Notes: generated by a model from the sequence alone, not told the origin. 62,627 nucleotides of DNA, filler included, from Collodictyon triciliatum (GCA_043381765.1; 9 parts of 9 records of this genome joined end to end with filler, not necessarily neighbours in it), one strand, 5' to 3'; shown: positions 11,290-28,060, numbered from the whole stretch's first letter. Translations and numbers: made by a program.

Positions 11290-12957
11290 CTCAGCTCTGC
11301 GGATTGGTAAGCGTTCGGTATCACAAAGTAAGTCACCCTTGCGAAGAGCATGTCCATATGCTAGTGCATTTTGCATTTGATTATGCTGCTTCTGCTCGGC
11401 CTTCATTTTTTCGTGGGTGGCCTCCAATGCAACACTTTCAATTAGCATTTCTCGGCGTATAGAAGTGATTGTGCGTAAGAGCCCCGCTGTTGAAGGTTGT
11501 TGGCTTGACATAGAGTTCAGTGATATTACAGACTCGAGTGTGTGTAAGTTTGTCATATCTGTTGGGCAGTTTTGTCCCTACGTTTGTGTTTGTTAATTTG
11601 TTTTGTTTTTGTTTTACCCTATGTTCGATTCAATGGTGATTATTGATTATTGATTATTGATTATTGATTATTGATTATTGATTATTGATGATTGATGATT
11701 GATGATTGATGATTGATGATTGATGATTGATGATTGATGATTGATTATTGATTATTGATTATTGATTATTGATTATTGATTATTGATTATTGATTATTGA
11801 TTATTGATTATTGATTATTGATTATTGATTATTGATTATTGATTTTTATTCCGTGTTTATCACGTCTTTTGTCTTATCTTTTATTCCTTATTTGTTTGCA
11901 TTGGGTTTCAATATTAATCTTTGTACAACTTGACTGTTCTGAAGAGTTGCATCACATGCACGGTGAACTCGACTGTTCCATTCGACATCCAATTCGTCAA
12001 GCGTCTGACTGAGGCGTTTGTATTCAGATTCCAGTCGACTACAATGGTATGTTTACTTGAGCATATTATTGCTGTTCTAGGGTACTTTTCTTAAATGTAA
12101 TATTTCGAAAGCCACTTTTTTTATAGCTGTACATTATTAAATAAATTGAGGAACCCTCATACTTTTGTATTTTTTTATATCGCAAAGCTTGCTGTTCGAT
12201 CTGGTATAATTGCCTCTCTATTCGGGCGCAATCATCCTCTAAGTCTGATGTGCAAATTGCCAAAGCACTGTATAATTAGACATCAATATAGAATCTGGGT
12301 AAGCTATTTCCAACTTCGTTTTTCTTTCTGTTTGTTGCATCTTTGTCATATTTTTATAATCCTTTAGTCATTTTGAAATGAAAAGACATGATATACCAAT
12401 CGGCATCATCCACAGCACTTGGGTCACAAATCTGAAGTCCTGCTTCAGGGTCGCCTGTACTGTCTGACCCTAGCACTCTTTGTTTTTTCTTGTTTGAAAA
12501 ATTGGCCCTTATCTTTGATTCATTCTACGTGAAGTTATAGAAAAATGGCTTTATCAGAAAAAGATGAAAGAAATCTGTAAATTTGCACAGGGAAAATAAG
12601 AGGGAGAATGTTTGTGTCAAAATATCGACGTGAAAAGAAGGAGCATCTTCTTGTGGGAACGTTGAGCCATGAAAACTTATTGTTAAAGATATAGAAACAT
12701 GTCTTTTTGTGTTTTACTATGTTTTATAGGCATCTTTCCTTTCAAATAAGTGCTATCCCACAACTCGCCATCATGCAAACATCGCACTTTGTACGACTAC
12801 TGAATGGCTACGTATCAAGATATGCAGCTTTGTTGTTCGTATTGATTGGCACTTACCTCTCTTCGCTGGAGTTCCTGCTCCAAAGCGTTTATCTGTGCGA
12901 CCAGCATTTTCCCTTCTACTTGCCCTTCCTCTCTTTTTTCCATCGCTGGTCGATTCT
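11290..12957 (-). CDS. Multi-exon coiled-coil protein of unknown function, partial
   Basis: Open exons with GT-AG ends (QINALEQELQRRE; LEDDCARIERQLYQIEQQALRY; RLESEYKRLSQTLDELD). No recognised domain; boundaries approximate. Confidence 0.5.
11636..11843. repeat. 7-bp minisatellite (GATTATT/GATGATT) in an intron
   Basis: Visible array. Confidence 0.95.
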
Positions 12958-13232
12958 ATGAAGTGGAAGCGGGGTTAAGTACCTTTTTAATTGTCTCTCT
13001 TTTTCTCTCTCCCTTTTTTTAAAATTCTTTTCTTTTCTTTTCTTTTCTTTTCTTTTCTTTTCTTTTCTTTTCTTTTCTTTTCTTTTCTTTTCTTTTCTTT
13101 TCTTTTCTTTTCTTTTCTTNNNNNNNNNNNNNNNNNNNNNNNNNNNNNNNNNNNNNNNNNNNNTTAATTAATTAANNNNNNNNNNNNNNNNNNNNNNNNN
13201 NNNNNNNNNNNNNNNNNNNTTGCTTTCTCTAC

Positions 13233-15158
13233 AGATGACGACGTAAACTATACCTTACAAAAATTTCCCTGTCCTTTTTCCTATGCTGCAATTACTGTTT
13301 TTCTTCTTCTTCGAAATACGCCCGATGATTGGTGTATGATGTCATTTTTGAAGTGATTTTGATGTAAAGTGGATTATATCATTCATTGAATATTTCAGTA
13401 AATAAAACAAAAACAACCAAAATACACATATAATCTAGGAAATAGAAAATACTGCAAAAACACTAGCACATTTGATTGCAACATCAGCATCAGGAGACCT
13501 TGATACGACCCTAATATATCCTATTTTTGACAAAGAAGTTTTGGAAAAGCTTTTCGATTCTATTTTCCAAGATGTAAGTTTATAATATGTCAACCTATAA
13601 AAACATTATCCCACATAATAAATCCTCTCAAAATATACTGTGCCATTTGGTTGCTCCGTTCCTATTTCTCTTGTAATTTTTGAACTTAAATTAACAGGAA
13701 GATCGCATGAAACTTCGATACGGAATACCTATCATATCTAGACTGACAGCGTATGTCGTCAATATGTTTCTAGATCCAAACACTTTGGATTTCCTCACTG
13801 CGATATGTGAAGCTTTTGCATCTCGTTCAACTGTCATAGCATCAATATTCTGCAATTCCAACGTAATATAAATATACATATATTGAGACATATTCCTACG
13901 ACTAAACTATTAATTCAAGTTTCGTACTCTTTCCACTTTGGTCATAAAGGCGTCAGAGTCATCACCAACCAGCCGTTTATCCAGTCCATCTGTTGGCGTA
14001 GAAAGGCTACTTCTTGTTGATTTGGTCATCACGCTTTGTGCATCTGGAAAAAAACCACTTATCTCCTTTCTCATCCAAAGCGAATGTATTCCAAATATCT
14101 TGGTCAGTTCTAATATAAGATGTTCTATTCCATTGTTCGGTTACTAGATCTTTTTTTTAATCAACCACCTGCCTTCTCATTCATGATAGAATTTGTTTTT
14201 TACCTACAAACGAAACAATATCCTGCACACCAAAGTATGTAGACTCATAACTACGATAGTTGAAGGGAACGCAGAGGTGTTGAAAGAAGAGGTATATCAT
14301 CAATTGCCTTATACCACAAATGGAAGGGTTTGAAATCTGAGTTTCACAGTCTTGAATCACGCACGTTTATTGTAGTTGTTCAGAAAAGGGCAGCTTCTAG
14401 AGAGGGTGAAGTCTAGCTACGTTTTTCGGGAATATGGGGCACAAATGTACAAACCACAATTCAGAATTTCACATTAATCGCACAATTTCAAAACAAATAT
14501 ATATATATATCTTTTTTACCATTCTTGGATTCATCATTTAAGTGTGTTATGGTTATCAACTTTATTGGATGCAAACGTATTTGTACATTAGAAACAGCAA
14601 AATATCATCAGAAGCTTGTAATCGAGGACATATGGATATGATTAGTAGCTACATCGAAGAAAACGGATTTGCATTGACGGAATACAGGGGTTTGCCTTTA
14701 CCACAATCTTCATGCTTTCACTTCGTAAAGTTGCATGCATTGAGTTTAAGATATATACCGCAGAAAACAATGCAAAAAAGAAAAAAAAAGGAGCTTTTCG
14801 CAAAGATAGTAAAAAATAATCTAAAGCCTGACATATTTTAAGATTCGTCCTGGATTGAATTCTATGCTTCGGTTGTGGTAAATAAGAGCAGTCCGAAGTC
14901 TGAAGAAAAAGAAAATTTGGTTAGATTCTCCTAGCTCTGTTAATTAAGTGGCTGTTTGCAGTGATGTTTTTCCATTGGTTGTTATTTGCTTTCAAACAAC
15001 TGAAACCTTTTTCTTTGTACATGGCCATGCACATATCAGGGAGACTACCCGAGCCCAGTAGCCTCCTCCAGACAAGTCTCTTTATGTTTTTCAAAAATAA
15101 TCCTCTTCCTTTCTTTATGCTTTACGGTTATTTACCCATGTCTCAAAAAATTGTGTAA
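13233..15158 (+). CDS. SAPS-domain protein (SIT4-associated / PP6 regulatory subunit-like), partial
   Basis: Spliced exons PSVGVERLLLVDLVITL...CIPNIL|NLFFTYKRNNILHTKV...|LFRKGQLLERVK...CNRGHMDMISSYI...SWIEF resemble the SAPS motifs PLG..RL, LFF.Y.WNNFLH and YMGHL. Boundaries approximate. Confidence 0.6.
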
Positions 15159-15423
15159 AACGAATTGACGGAATAATCATATTTGCAAAAAGGTCGCTTT
15201 CGCGGAATCTGAAGGAAGCACCCCAAACTCAGATGATTTCATTCCCACACAGCTTTTATCATACGAGGCTATTATGCAGTATTGTGTTATTATTTTTAAA
15301 GTCAAGAAGCAATCGTCATTCAAAAACATCAAAATGCCTCCGCCTGATATACCTGAAATTCAGTTTTTATATAGCCATTTTTTATTTTTTACAATTTATC
15401 ATAGAAACTCAATAAGACAAGTA

Positions 15424-15586
15424 CAGCAAGAACAACAAGAACAACAAGAACAACAAGAACAACAAGAACAACAAGAACAACAAGAACAACAAGAACAACA
15501 AGAACAACAAGAACAACAAGAACAACAAGAACAACAAGAACAACAAGAACAACAAGAACAACAAGAACAACAAGAGCAACAAGAGC
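15424..15586. repeat. (CAACAAGAA)n 9-bp array
   Basis: Visible array. Confidence 0.95.
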
Positions 15587-15832
15587 ACCATAAGAAAGCA
15601 TGTTAAGATATATCTTCGTTTAGCCTCAGCATACATATTGAACGAATAAATTTGGGGAGCAAGTTTTCATGCATCTTTAAAATAAATAAAATAGGAGAAA
15701 ATAAAAATAAAACTATTTCCTTTCATTTGGAGAGGTTGAGCGTTCGTCTACCACAAAAATTTTATTTCGCTCTGCTGTCCATAATTAAAGTTGGCCAAGA
15801 AGGGAGACGGTTTCCATAGACTCATATTTGGA

Positions 15833-19431
<3,599 letters not shown>

Positions 19432-20380
19432 CAGTGACAATGTCTCTTGGCTTGTGAAAAGTTGCGCTCTGCTGTTTGGTAGGGTATGGTTTCAAGACTC
19501 TTTCCACTTCTTTTCCTTCTTTTCCGGTTTGGCCCGCCTCCGTGCGATTTCGTGTAAACAGAGACCAGAGAACCAACCTTTGTGAGCTCGGAAGCTGGCC
19601 ATTCCCGGATTGCAACGCAAAAAACAAAAAAATAAAAAAATAAAAATAAAAACAAAAACAAAAACAAAAACAAAAACAAAAACAAAAACAAAAACAAAAA
19701 CAAAAACAAAAACAAAAANNNNNNNNNNNNNNNNNNNNNNNNNNNNNNNNNNNNNNNNNNNNTTAATTAATTAANNNNNNNNNNNNNNNNNNNNNNNNNN
19801 NNNNNNNNNNNNNNNNNNAACAAAAAAGAAACAAAAAAGAAACAAAAAAGAAACAAAAAAGAAACAAAAAAGAAACAAAAAAGAAACAAAAAAGAAACAA
19901 AAAAGAAACAAAAAGAAACAACGCGAAAATTACTGTGCCATTGTTAATTACTCCATATATCAGCCATTTTTCAACTAAAGAACAGAAAACTCACGACTAT
20001 TTAATTATACCATTCTCCAAAAAAAAAAAAAAGAGCCCTGGGGGAAAGCGTAGTATTCGGTAAATAGATATTTTGATTAAAATATATGTTCCCTTGTAAG
20101 AAGTGTATAAACAATCAGATAATCAAAAATTTCACTATGGATATAATAAATAATTTAATCCAGATATTTTCTCATTATTCTATTCAAAGAATTCAATCCT
20201 GTGATGAATACAACACAACACTTACATTAACAGAAACATATGATATTATCTAAAACGTGAATGGTATTAATCGTACTATCCTTGCTCTTTTCGAACAACG
20301 CAACATAAACGAAAGACATTAAAGATAAATTTAAACGATGATGATTAATAGAAAGTGTCCTTACATCGAAACATCCTAAA

Positions 20381-22015
20381 ATGGTCATATCTTCGGCTGC
20401 ATCCTTACTACATGCTGATAATCTGGTTGTCTTGGGTCACCGTTTGAGCTCCAGCGAAATAGACAAACATACTTGCCTTTCATCGGTTTTTGACTTCAAA
20501 TCAAACCACACATATCAATGCAGCACATCAATCTACAACGATAAAGATATATACGAGGACATGAAGCTCCAAAAAAGGGCGTACAATGTCAGTGTGGTAG
20601 CCTCACGTTCTAAATCATACATTCTTTTGGGGTTGCCAGAGCTATCGCTGCAGAAAAAGACATCATCAGGAGTAGCATATTTCTATGAAATTAAAAATGA
20701 CCCCAAAGAGCTGAAATTCATGCGCTCTTTTAATGTTACTCCGGAATCAAACACAAACACAGGCCAATATGTCGCCATTGGCGAAAACTATGCCGCTGTC
20801 TACCAGAAGAAGAAAAATGATGTTTATATTCACACATTCATAAACACCTTCGGCGAGTGGAAATATTATGATAGGCTTAAACTGGATCTTCACAATGATG
20901 ACATTATCCTCGGGATAACTCTGGATGGATTCAACCTCAAAATCTTTGTCGACTCGGGTGAAGGTGATAATTATATTCATTACATATTTCAGAATGGGTG
21001 GAAAAAGCAGGCAACCCTGTCACCCACCGATGAAATCCCGAACTTCTCGAGCTCTCGTGGCGATTCTACACTCATATTATCCCAAAAGACGGGAAACCTA
21101 ACCTATGAAAGTGTGACACTCTTGCCCAGAGGAATCAGCAACCAAAATTATATCGGACTGTCTTACAGTTACAACGTCACGCATATATACACATTTGATT
21201 CCGGTGTGTTGGAAATATTCTCAGGCCGTGTCAATGAGAGAAAAAGTACGCATTTCGTTCTCATACTTGTGTATTTATTTTTCTCCCTATTCCTCGTTTT
21301 CTGTTTACTTTTTTCTCTTAAAATAGTAAGGCAGAATATCACATGAATTCTATCCTTCTCAGCCTCACTTTGGGTTTTCTCTAGACATGTACTACGCTGC
21401 CGAGGCCTTCTTTGAGACAATAGAACACAGCGAATTCAACGCCAAGTCTATTACTGATCAATTTAAGGTGTTTTAGAGGGAAAAATGATCTAGATTTTTT
21501 TTTTGTCATTTTACCTTTCATTTTGAATATTCTTGCCCCCAGTATTCATTCATGAAGTCTAGCATAGTCATTCATTCCATTTTCATTCGTTGAATCAAAT
21601 CTATTTTCTCATTCTCATGTGTGTTCGTCCAAATACGTATGATTGCTGTAATCAGGTCTCTCACGGTTCTGCTGCTTGCACAGCTTATCTTGATTACTTC
21701 AAGCAGCACTATTTTCGGGTATTTGCGAGCCTGGGATATGTTTGTTCGAATCATGATAACCCCCTAGCAAAAAGCATCACTGAAACGGTACATCTCCTAG
21801 CCTTCTATTCCCTGAATTCTACATAGACACTCACCTTAACCAATTACGTGATAGGATGAGGGGAAATATGAGAAATGCAGAGGTTCAAGCTTTTTCGCTA
21901 ATTTTTTTCATTACTATAGTACGAAGCACTTCGCAAGAATGATGTTTTAATCCTATCATTTCATGGTGAATCATGGAAACTTCCTACAGACTTTGCTTCC
22001 TTCCACGACCAAGGG
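20381..22015 (+). CDS. Unknown membrane protein: beta-rich region (weakly FG-GAP-like), one transmembrane helix, cytoplasmic exons
   Basis: 321-codon exon ending in hydrophobic FVLILVYLFFSLFLVFCLLFSL, followed by short GT-AG exons. Ends uncertain. Confidence 0.5.
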
Positions 22016-23050
22016 GTATGTACAAATTATTTGCACAGATAAATATGATATCTAATTTAAACCTCATCATACAAATGAACAAGTACAATTTGAAATAGCA
22101 TCAACAAATAACATATGTTGAAGTGGGAGAACGCAACACTCACTAATAAGATATAATTTGAGCTGCCAAAGGGCCTCTTTTCTTCTTTTTTGTCTTTGTT
22201 TTTAATATTCAAAAATTAGACCAGACCCTTTCAAACTTATTTTTTCCGTATATATTCGATGGTGTATATTGCTCTTGTACTCGGAGTCTCCACTCTCTTG
22301 TCGCTGGTTGCCATTCGCTCAAATCCATCTCGTACGGTGTCTAGAAACGGGTCAACGGGCTGATGCTGGGATATATAGCGATTGGAATGGCTGGCCCGAT
22401 TGTCGTGCTGTCCTTCTTCTGGGCTGTTCTCGGGTTCTGTGTTCCATCGTTGCGCCCCAAAAACCGAAACCGGGGAGTTAATACCGAGCAACCGGGGCTC
22501 ATCCCTCCACAAGCCTGAAAGGCTTCTGCTTGTGTTGAATCGTCACTGCTCGACCCTTGGGTGCACTCCCAGAGACAAGGAAGAAAAAAAATGGATGCAA
22601 ATAAATCTTATGGACAAAGAGTTGAAAAAAAAAAATGAAAACAGATAAATAAGAGGAAACAGAATGAAGCGGAAAAGGAATAGTTACAATCTCAAAGTGT
22701 AAACCGGAGGCTACCAAGCCGTGTTATATGTGTGGTTTGGTTTTATGAAGCTGATTTTTTGATGGATGGGCCGGGTGTTGATTGTTTTGCCTATTAGCGT
22801 TTGGCCAGAGATACATGTAAACACCCTAACTCCTTTGTTACTAATGCACACTTTCATTACAACAGCAATCATTAGATGCCGCCCTTCAGTGGGGGCCAAA
22901 AAACACAAATAGAAAAATAGTGTACTCTTTTTCTTTCTTTATGGTGTAAATGAAAGCATAGCAAAGACAAGGACCGAAGCATAGGACGAGCCAGGAAAGT
23001 GTAGAATGCGGCGGTGCAACGCAGGGCCTGGAAGAGCGACGGGGACACAC

Positions 23051-23848
23051 TCACTTCCGCTTCTTTGATACGGCTTCTTTCTCTTTGCGAGCCTTCATTT
23101 GCTCTTTCCATGCATTCATATCAAAGTAGTGATGGAGTTGGCGCTCCTCTCTGGACTGAGGTATCCCTTTCTTCTCCCAGTGCTGCTGCGGCGTGTTTGC
23201 CTGGAACCGCCCTGTGCGGATGTTGAAGTGCGCAACCTGGGCATATTCGAGTTCTTCATCGTCCTCCTGTTTCTGTGGGGTATTATGCGCGATGGACAAG
23301 GATGTTTGGTTACATCTCTCATGAAGCGATGCATGGAATCCGCCTTCCAACGCGCCTGCGTCTGCCGAGACAGAGTCCAATGGTCTTTTATGGCCTGCGG
23401 ATTGCGGAGGCTCCGCACCGGGCGTTGGCTGCGAATAGAGAGCTGCCTGGGCCTGGAAAAAAACAGCCCAGGTCTCGGCAAACTCGGCGCGCTCCTGCAA
23501 GAGTCTGTAGTGGTCCTCTGATCGTTTGCGGATGTACAGCACGGGCGAAAAGTATCCGGAGACGATCCAGCCTTTGATCTCTTCTATTGTGAACGGGCCG
23601 TGCGGCACTCCGGTATAGTCGAGGTACTCCCAGACATACTCGTCCTCCTGGGCAGGTTCTTGATTGGTCTTTTTCTCTGACTCTGACTCAGTCGGTTGAG
23701 CGCCTTCTTTCTCTGTGTGTTGCTGTTGTGGACGCTGTTGGTGGTCTTGAGTTGAAGCTTCTAACGCCACCGTTTGGGATCGGGCTTTGTCTTTGGGACT
23801 CGCTTCGGATGTGGTGGCGTCGCTTTCATGTGCATCAGTCGTTGCCAT
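23051..23848 (-). CDS. GYF-domain protein
   Basis: WEYLDYTGVPHGPFTIEEIKGWIVSGYF matches the GYF consensus; C-terminal YAQVAHFNIRTGRFQ...RQLHHYFD block. May splice further at its 3' end. Confidence 0.8.
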   Translation of the reverse strand: MATTDAHESDATTSEASPKDKARSQTVALEASTQDHQQRPQQQHTEKEGAQPTESESEKKTNQEPAQEDEYVWEYLDYTGVPHGPFTIEEIKGWIVSGYFSPVLYIRKRSEDHYRLLQERAEFAETWAVFFQAQAALYSQPTPGAEPPQSAGHKRPLDSVSADAGALEGGFHASLHERCNQTSLSIAHNTPQKQEDDEELEYAQVAHFNIRTGRFQANTPQQHWEKKGIPQSREERQLHHYFDMNAWKEQMKARKEKEAVSKKRK

Positions 23849-24252
23849 AAAACTCTGATCCGTTCTTTGTCGATCGGGCGTGTTGGTGTGTTTGTGTGTT
23901 GCGCGGCGGACTCGTCGAGGATTTCGCTGGGCGTGATGGCCTGTGATTTTTGTTTGATGGTGCAGGACTGCCTCTGTGGTACGGAAATATATGTCATGGG
24001 AGATATCTCGTGACACAATTACCACATCTCTCTTCGCTTGCGGTCGGAGTAGCAAAGGATGCGGGTGTGTTTCAGCAGGCTGTTCAGGAAGCTGTATTGC
24101 ACGAGGCTTTCAAGCCTGGATACATTGATTTCTCGTTCAGTCGAATCATTAAAGAGAGAACGCACGCAGACTCCATAAGGACCACAACATATGTCCCCTT
24201 GTGATTGTCCAGAGTATTCTAGAGTCGTGGGTCATTTGGCTTTGACCGCTCT

Positions 24253-24914
24253 CCAATGCTTAATATCACCAATAGGGAGCTATGAATAGGCACACACGCG
24301 GCAAAAGCTGGCAAGGTCTCCCAACAATGCACACTTTGCAGCAACGGTAATGAATCCATTGAGCACACATTTGTGCAATGTCCCTTCGCTCAAAACCATG
24401 CGCAAAACAGCCGGCGAGATTCTTCGACTGACACTCAAGACGGCTGCGGCTGTTGGCCCAATCCAGGCGATATTTGGGCCTCTGCAACAGCTGCGTCCAA
24501 AGGCAAAAACATTCTGGGCAGTGACGCGAGGCCATTTTCTACGGAATATATGGATAGCGCGCATATACTCACGCAAAGCAAGACTCAATAACCAGCCGCT
24601 CATTCCTGATAATAGGTTGAATGACATCATACAAATCTCTTTCTCTCAACAGCTTTCTTCGCCACCTGCACGTTCTCTACTTCCCAGACCCTGTGAGATG
24701 ATACATGCGGAAAGAGGCTGAGAAAGAGACTCAACCTCGCCTTGTCTCCCTCATGCAAGCACAAGACCCAGGCTACAGGCCAAACCGCAGGAATTAATTC
24801 CTGATTACCGATTACTTCTCCACCACCCGGCCACCAAGTAGCGTCCGTGCAAAGGATGGCTAGCGAACCAAAGCCAACATCTCCAACATTTCGCACAAAA
24901 TTGAAAGGAGGATA

Positions 24915-25008
<94 letters not shown>
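24253..25008 (+). mobile_element. 5'-truncated L1/Tx1-like ORF2 fragment ending in (TAA)n
   Basis: Matches 57264-57930, including the CTLC...EHTFVQC Zn knuckle; (TAA)n starts at the ORF2 end (about 24912). Confidence 0.85.
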
Positions 25009-25011
<3 letters not shown>

Positions 25012-25142
25012 GAGAAGACTAGTACAGTGATAATGGAGAAGAAAAATAGGTAAAGGCCTACGAAAAACAGATGGTAGATGGCAGTGGTCCCAAACCACTT
25101 TCACACACATAATACCAAGGCAAGCGACATGCGCGGGCGATG

Positions 25143-26164
25143 CTACTTTTTCTGAGAGTTGGAGGGGTGAGAGCGAGAGTCTCTCTGTGAATCGGTCGAG
25201 TGTTTTGGCAAAGGAGCAAAGTAGAACGGGAAAGTGAACCAGGCCAAGGTGAGTGGGATATGCAAGTGATATAAACGGGGGGAGAAGAAGGTTGGGCAAA
25301 CAAGAGTCGTTTTTTCGCTCTTGACTGCAACAGATTGCTTGGTTGAGCAAGGATTACATTGTGCATAAAATCGGGTCTCCTTGTCGAGTCCGTTTGCAAT
25401 AAATTTGCTTGGCTGTGTAATATGGTTATTCGGAGTCAGATAAGGAGTAAAGTAAATGCACGATGATGTGTGGTTAAGCCTAATGGCAGTGTAGGAATTT
25501 TTATACATGTATGATTTCTAATATCGTTACAAGAGAGAATCAAATGATCGCCAGAGAGAAATATAATTAAGTAATATAAACATAAATGTAAATTTGTCAC
25601 TACACAGATAAATGAAACAGGCCCTCTCCTTTATCAAAATCTTATGTAGAAATGGAAAAAATATGGATAAAAAGACAAAGGCATAAAATAAAAGCAAAAA
25701 TAAAAAGCCAAATAAAACTGAGAATATTAGCGACAACTTCACAAAAAAAATACAATATATCCTTCATTTAAGTGCGCTTTGAATCGAGTGAAGGAAACTC
25801 TTCTTTAATTCAAATAAGATAGTCAATAAGAAAACACGAATGAAAGAAGAAAAGGAGGACTTACAGGGATATGGTCGCACACAAATGAGCCAAATGAATA
25901 GCCACAGTGATGACATCCATTTCTTCTTCCTATCGAGTTAACCACTCTTTTTTGTTGTGGAGTCGCGTGAATGTTCGCCTTAGCTTTCAGGAGATTATGT
26001 AAAGCAGGAGACAGCTTTGGTGCGAACGGGCCCACCTTTACGAGGTTTGACGGGACGACAAAGGTCGACCTTCCACCTTGTCCATAGAACATGGCGAACC
26101 CACTCAAGCCCGACACGACCAATTGGCGAGTCTCCAGTAACTCCACAGGTTGCTTCAGAAGCAA
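25143..26164 (-). CDS. HNH-like (beta-beta-alpha metal) Zn-finger protein, partial, at least two exons (26164-25865 and 25412-25143)
   Basis: A phase-0 GT-AG splice joins ...IGRRNGCHHCGYSFGSFVCDHIP|PSKF...RFYAQCNPCSTKQ, giving CxxC-DHxPP-CxxC. Confidence 0.65.
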
Positions 26165-26218
26165 CTGCCAGGAAAAAACAGATACCTGCTCATAGGAGGA
26201 AATTAAAAATAGTCTGAC

Positions 26219-26317
26219 ACAGATACAGATACAGATACAGATACAGATACAGATACAGATACAGATACAGATACAGATACAGATACAGATACAGATACAG
26301 ATACAGATACAGATACA
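26219..26317. repeat. (ACAGAT)n hexamer array
   Basis: Visible array. Confidence 0.95.
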
Positions 26318-28060
26318 NNNNNNNNNNNNNNNNNNNNNNNNNNNNNNNNNNNNNNNNNNNNTTAATTAATTAANNNNNNNNNNNNNNNNNNNNNNNNNNN
26401 NNNNNNNNNNNNNNNNNTTATCGGACGTAAAAGGATTTCAGAGGAAAAAAATATAATCACACGCTCTCGGTTACTTTTGATAGCCAAGAGTGTTTGGATG
26501 AGACAGACTCTGGTAACTAAATAATGCAAAAGCTAAACAAAAAAATGGTTCAGTTTATTTGCACCATAAAAGGTAAAGGCTAAATCAGCGGCTCCATAGA
26601 CTTGCTTGTTGATTTTGTGTGTCAATAAATGGAAAAGGCTCCTGATTCGATGTGCTGATTACGATTTTATCGACATATTCTAAAAGTACGGCATTTATGA
26701 AGGTGTCATCAGACTGGAATATCCAACAAGATTCGAAGCCTGGAGGCATACATTCCGAGCCTCATATGGTATTACGGTGTTTTTGAAAACAAAAGTGAGA
26801 TAATACTTCCTTAAGTTTCAAAATGCAGTTCAACACAAGATTATCCTGGAAGGTTGTAATGGGTGCCTGCTTCGGAAATAACAGCATATTATTATATTAT
26901 ACATCACAAATTCTTGGCACATATATGTTGCTTCTTTCATCTCTTATTTAAAACACGTATTTGTTGTATTTAAAATTGAAAATATTGAAAATAAAAATTA
27001 TAACACAGCTCCGCAACAAGTCCTTTATGTTAAGAGTAAAATAAGATTTATAAACATAAAAAGCTAACGCACAATGCCCTTTTTCATTTATTTTTTTTGT
27101 CAATTTTGTTGATTTTAAAACCTGTTCTTTTTTTAATTATCTGCGCAATTAACCAAGTTAAATATGAATTCTTTGATTATTTATCAACGTGGGCTGTGAA
27201 AATGTGTGCCGTTGAGGACAACGCTTTTTATTCTGGCGGTTTAAATAATTTTTTGCTTCATTACATCAGTTTATTGAAAGGAAACAGAGCTGAAAAAATA
27301 CCCTCCTTTCAAGTTACATAATGACAGTCCAATGAATATTTATTTAGTAGATAATCACAAAATTTATACTGTTACAAAAACAAATATATTTATAGTTTAA
27401 ACTTATATTTTATTCTACATTTTTTACACGTTTAACAACACAACATAAAATAGAAGATAAATCTAATTTTTATATATCTTGTCATTAAATCACCAATTAA
27501 ACCTCATTCCTTGTTATATTTCTCATTGCACATCGGCTACTAAACAAAAACTAAAACTCACTTTCTCACACATCTGTATGGAAGAGTAAAAATTATGTTT
27601 TGCATCCTATCAAGTTTTTATTATTCGGCAATATGAATTTTTCGCACTATTTATTTTATATGTGTACTCAGAGCCGCATTGTGCATAATAATGCCATACA
27701 ATGATGGCTAAGTCTTGAATAAATGGAAACATAAACATGGCTAAGACCATTTGTAGGCGGTTTAATCATTATATTTATTGCTCCGGATGTTGCACTTTTG
27801 TATTTATAATATGACTATAATTAATACCCATGCTTCGCAACGAGCGTTTAAAATCCCATCTAAGATAAATAAAATGTAAAACACTGTCCATATATTATAC
27901 AAATCAAAATGAAATTCTACATATCACATATTTTGTGAAAATAGAAGCTTGTATTATTTGAAAGCATTTTAATTTTTTTTGCTTATTTTATCTTTTTTTT
28001 TTGTTTGTTGTTGGATGTATCCATTAAAATTAACAATTATTAACATTAACATCACCATTA

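Noticed and set aside
12955-12985. U12-like branch motifs (CTTAAC on the minus strand here; CCTTAAC at about 21835)
   Set aside because: A canonical AG is available and no RTATCCT donor is visible for either.
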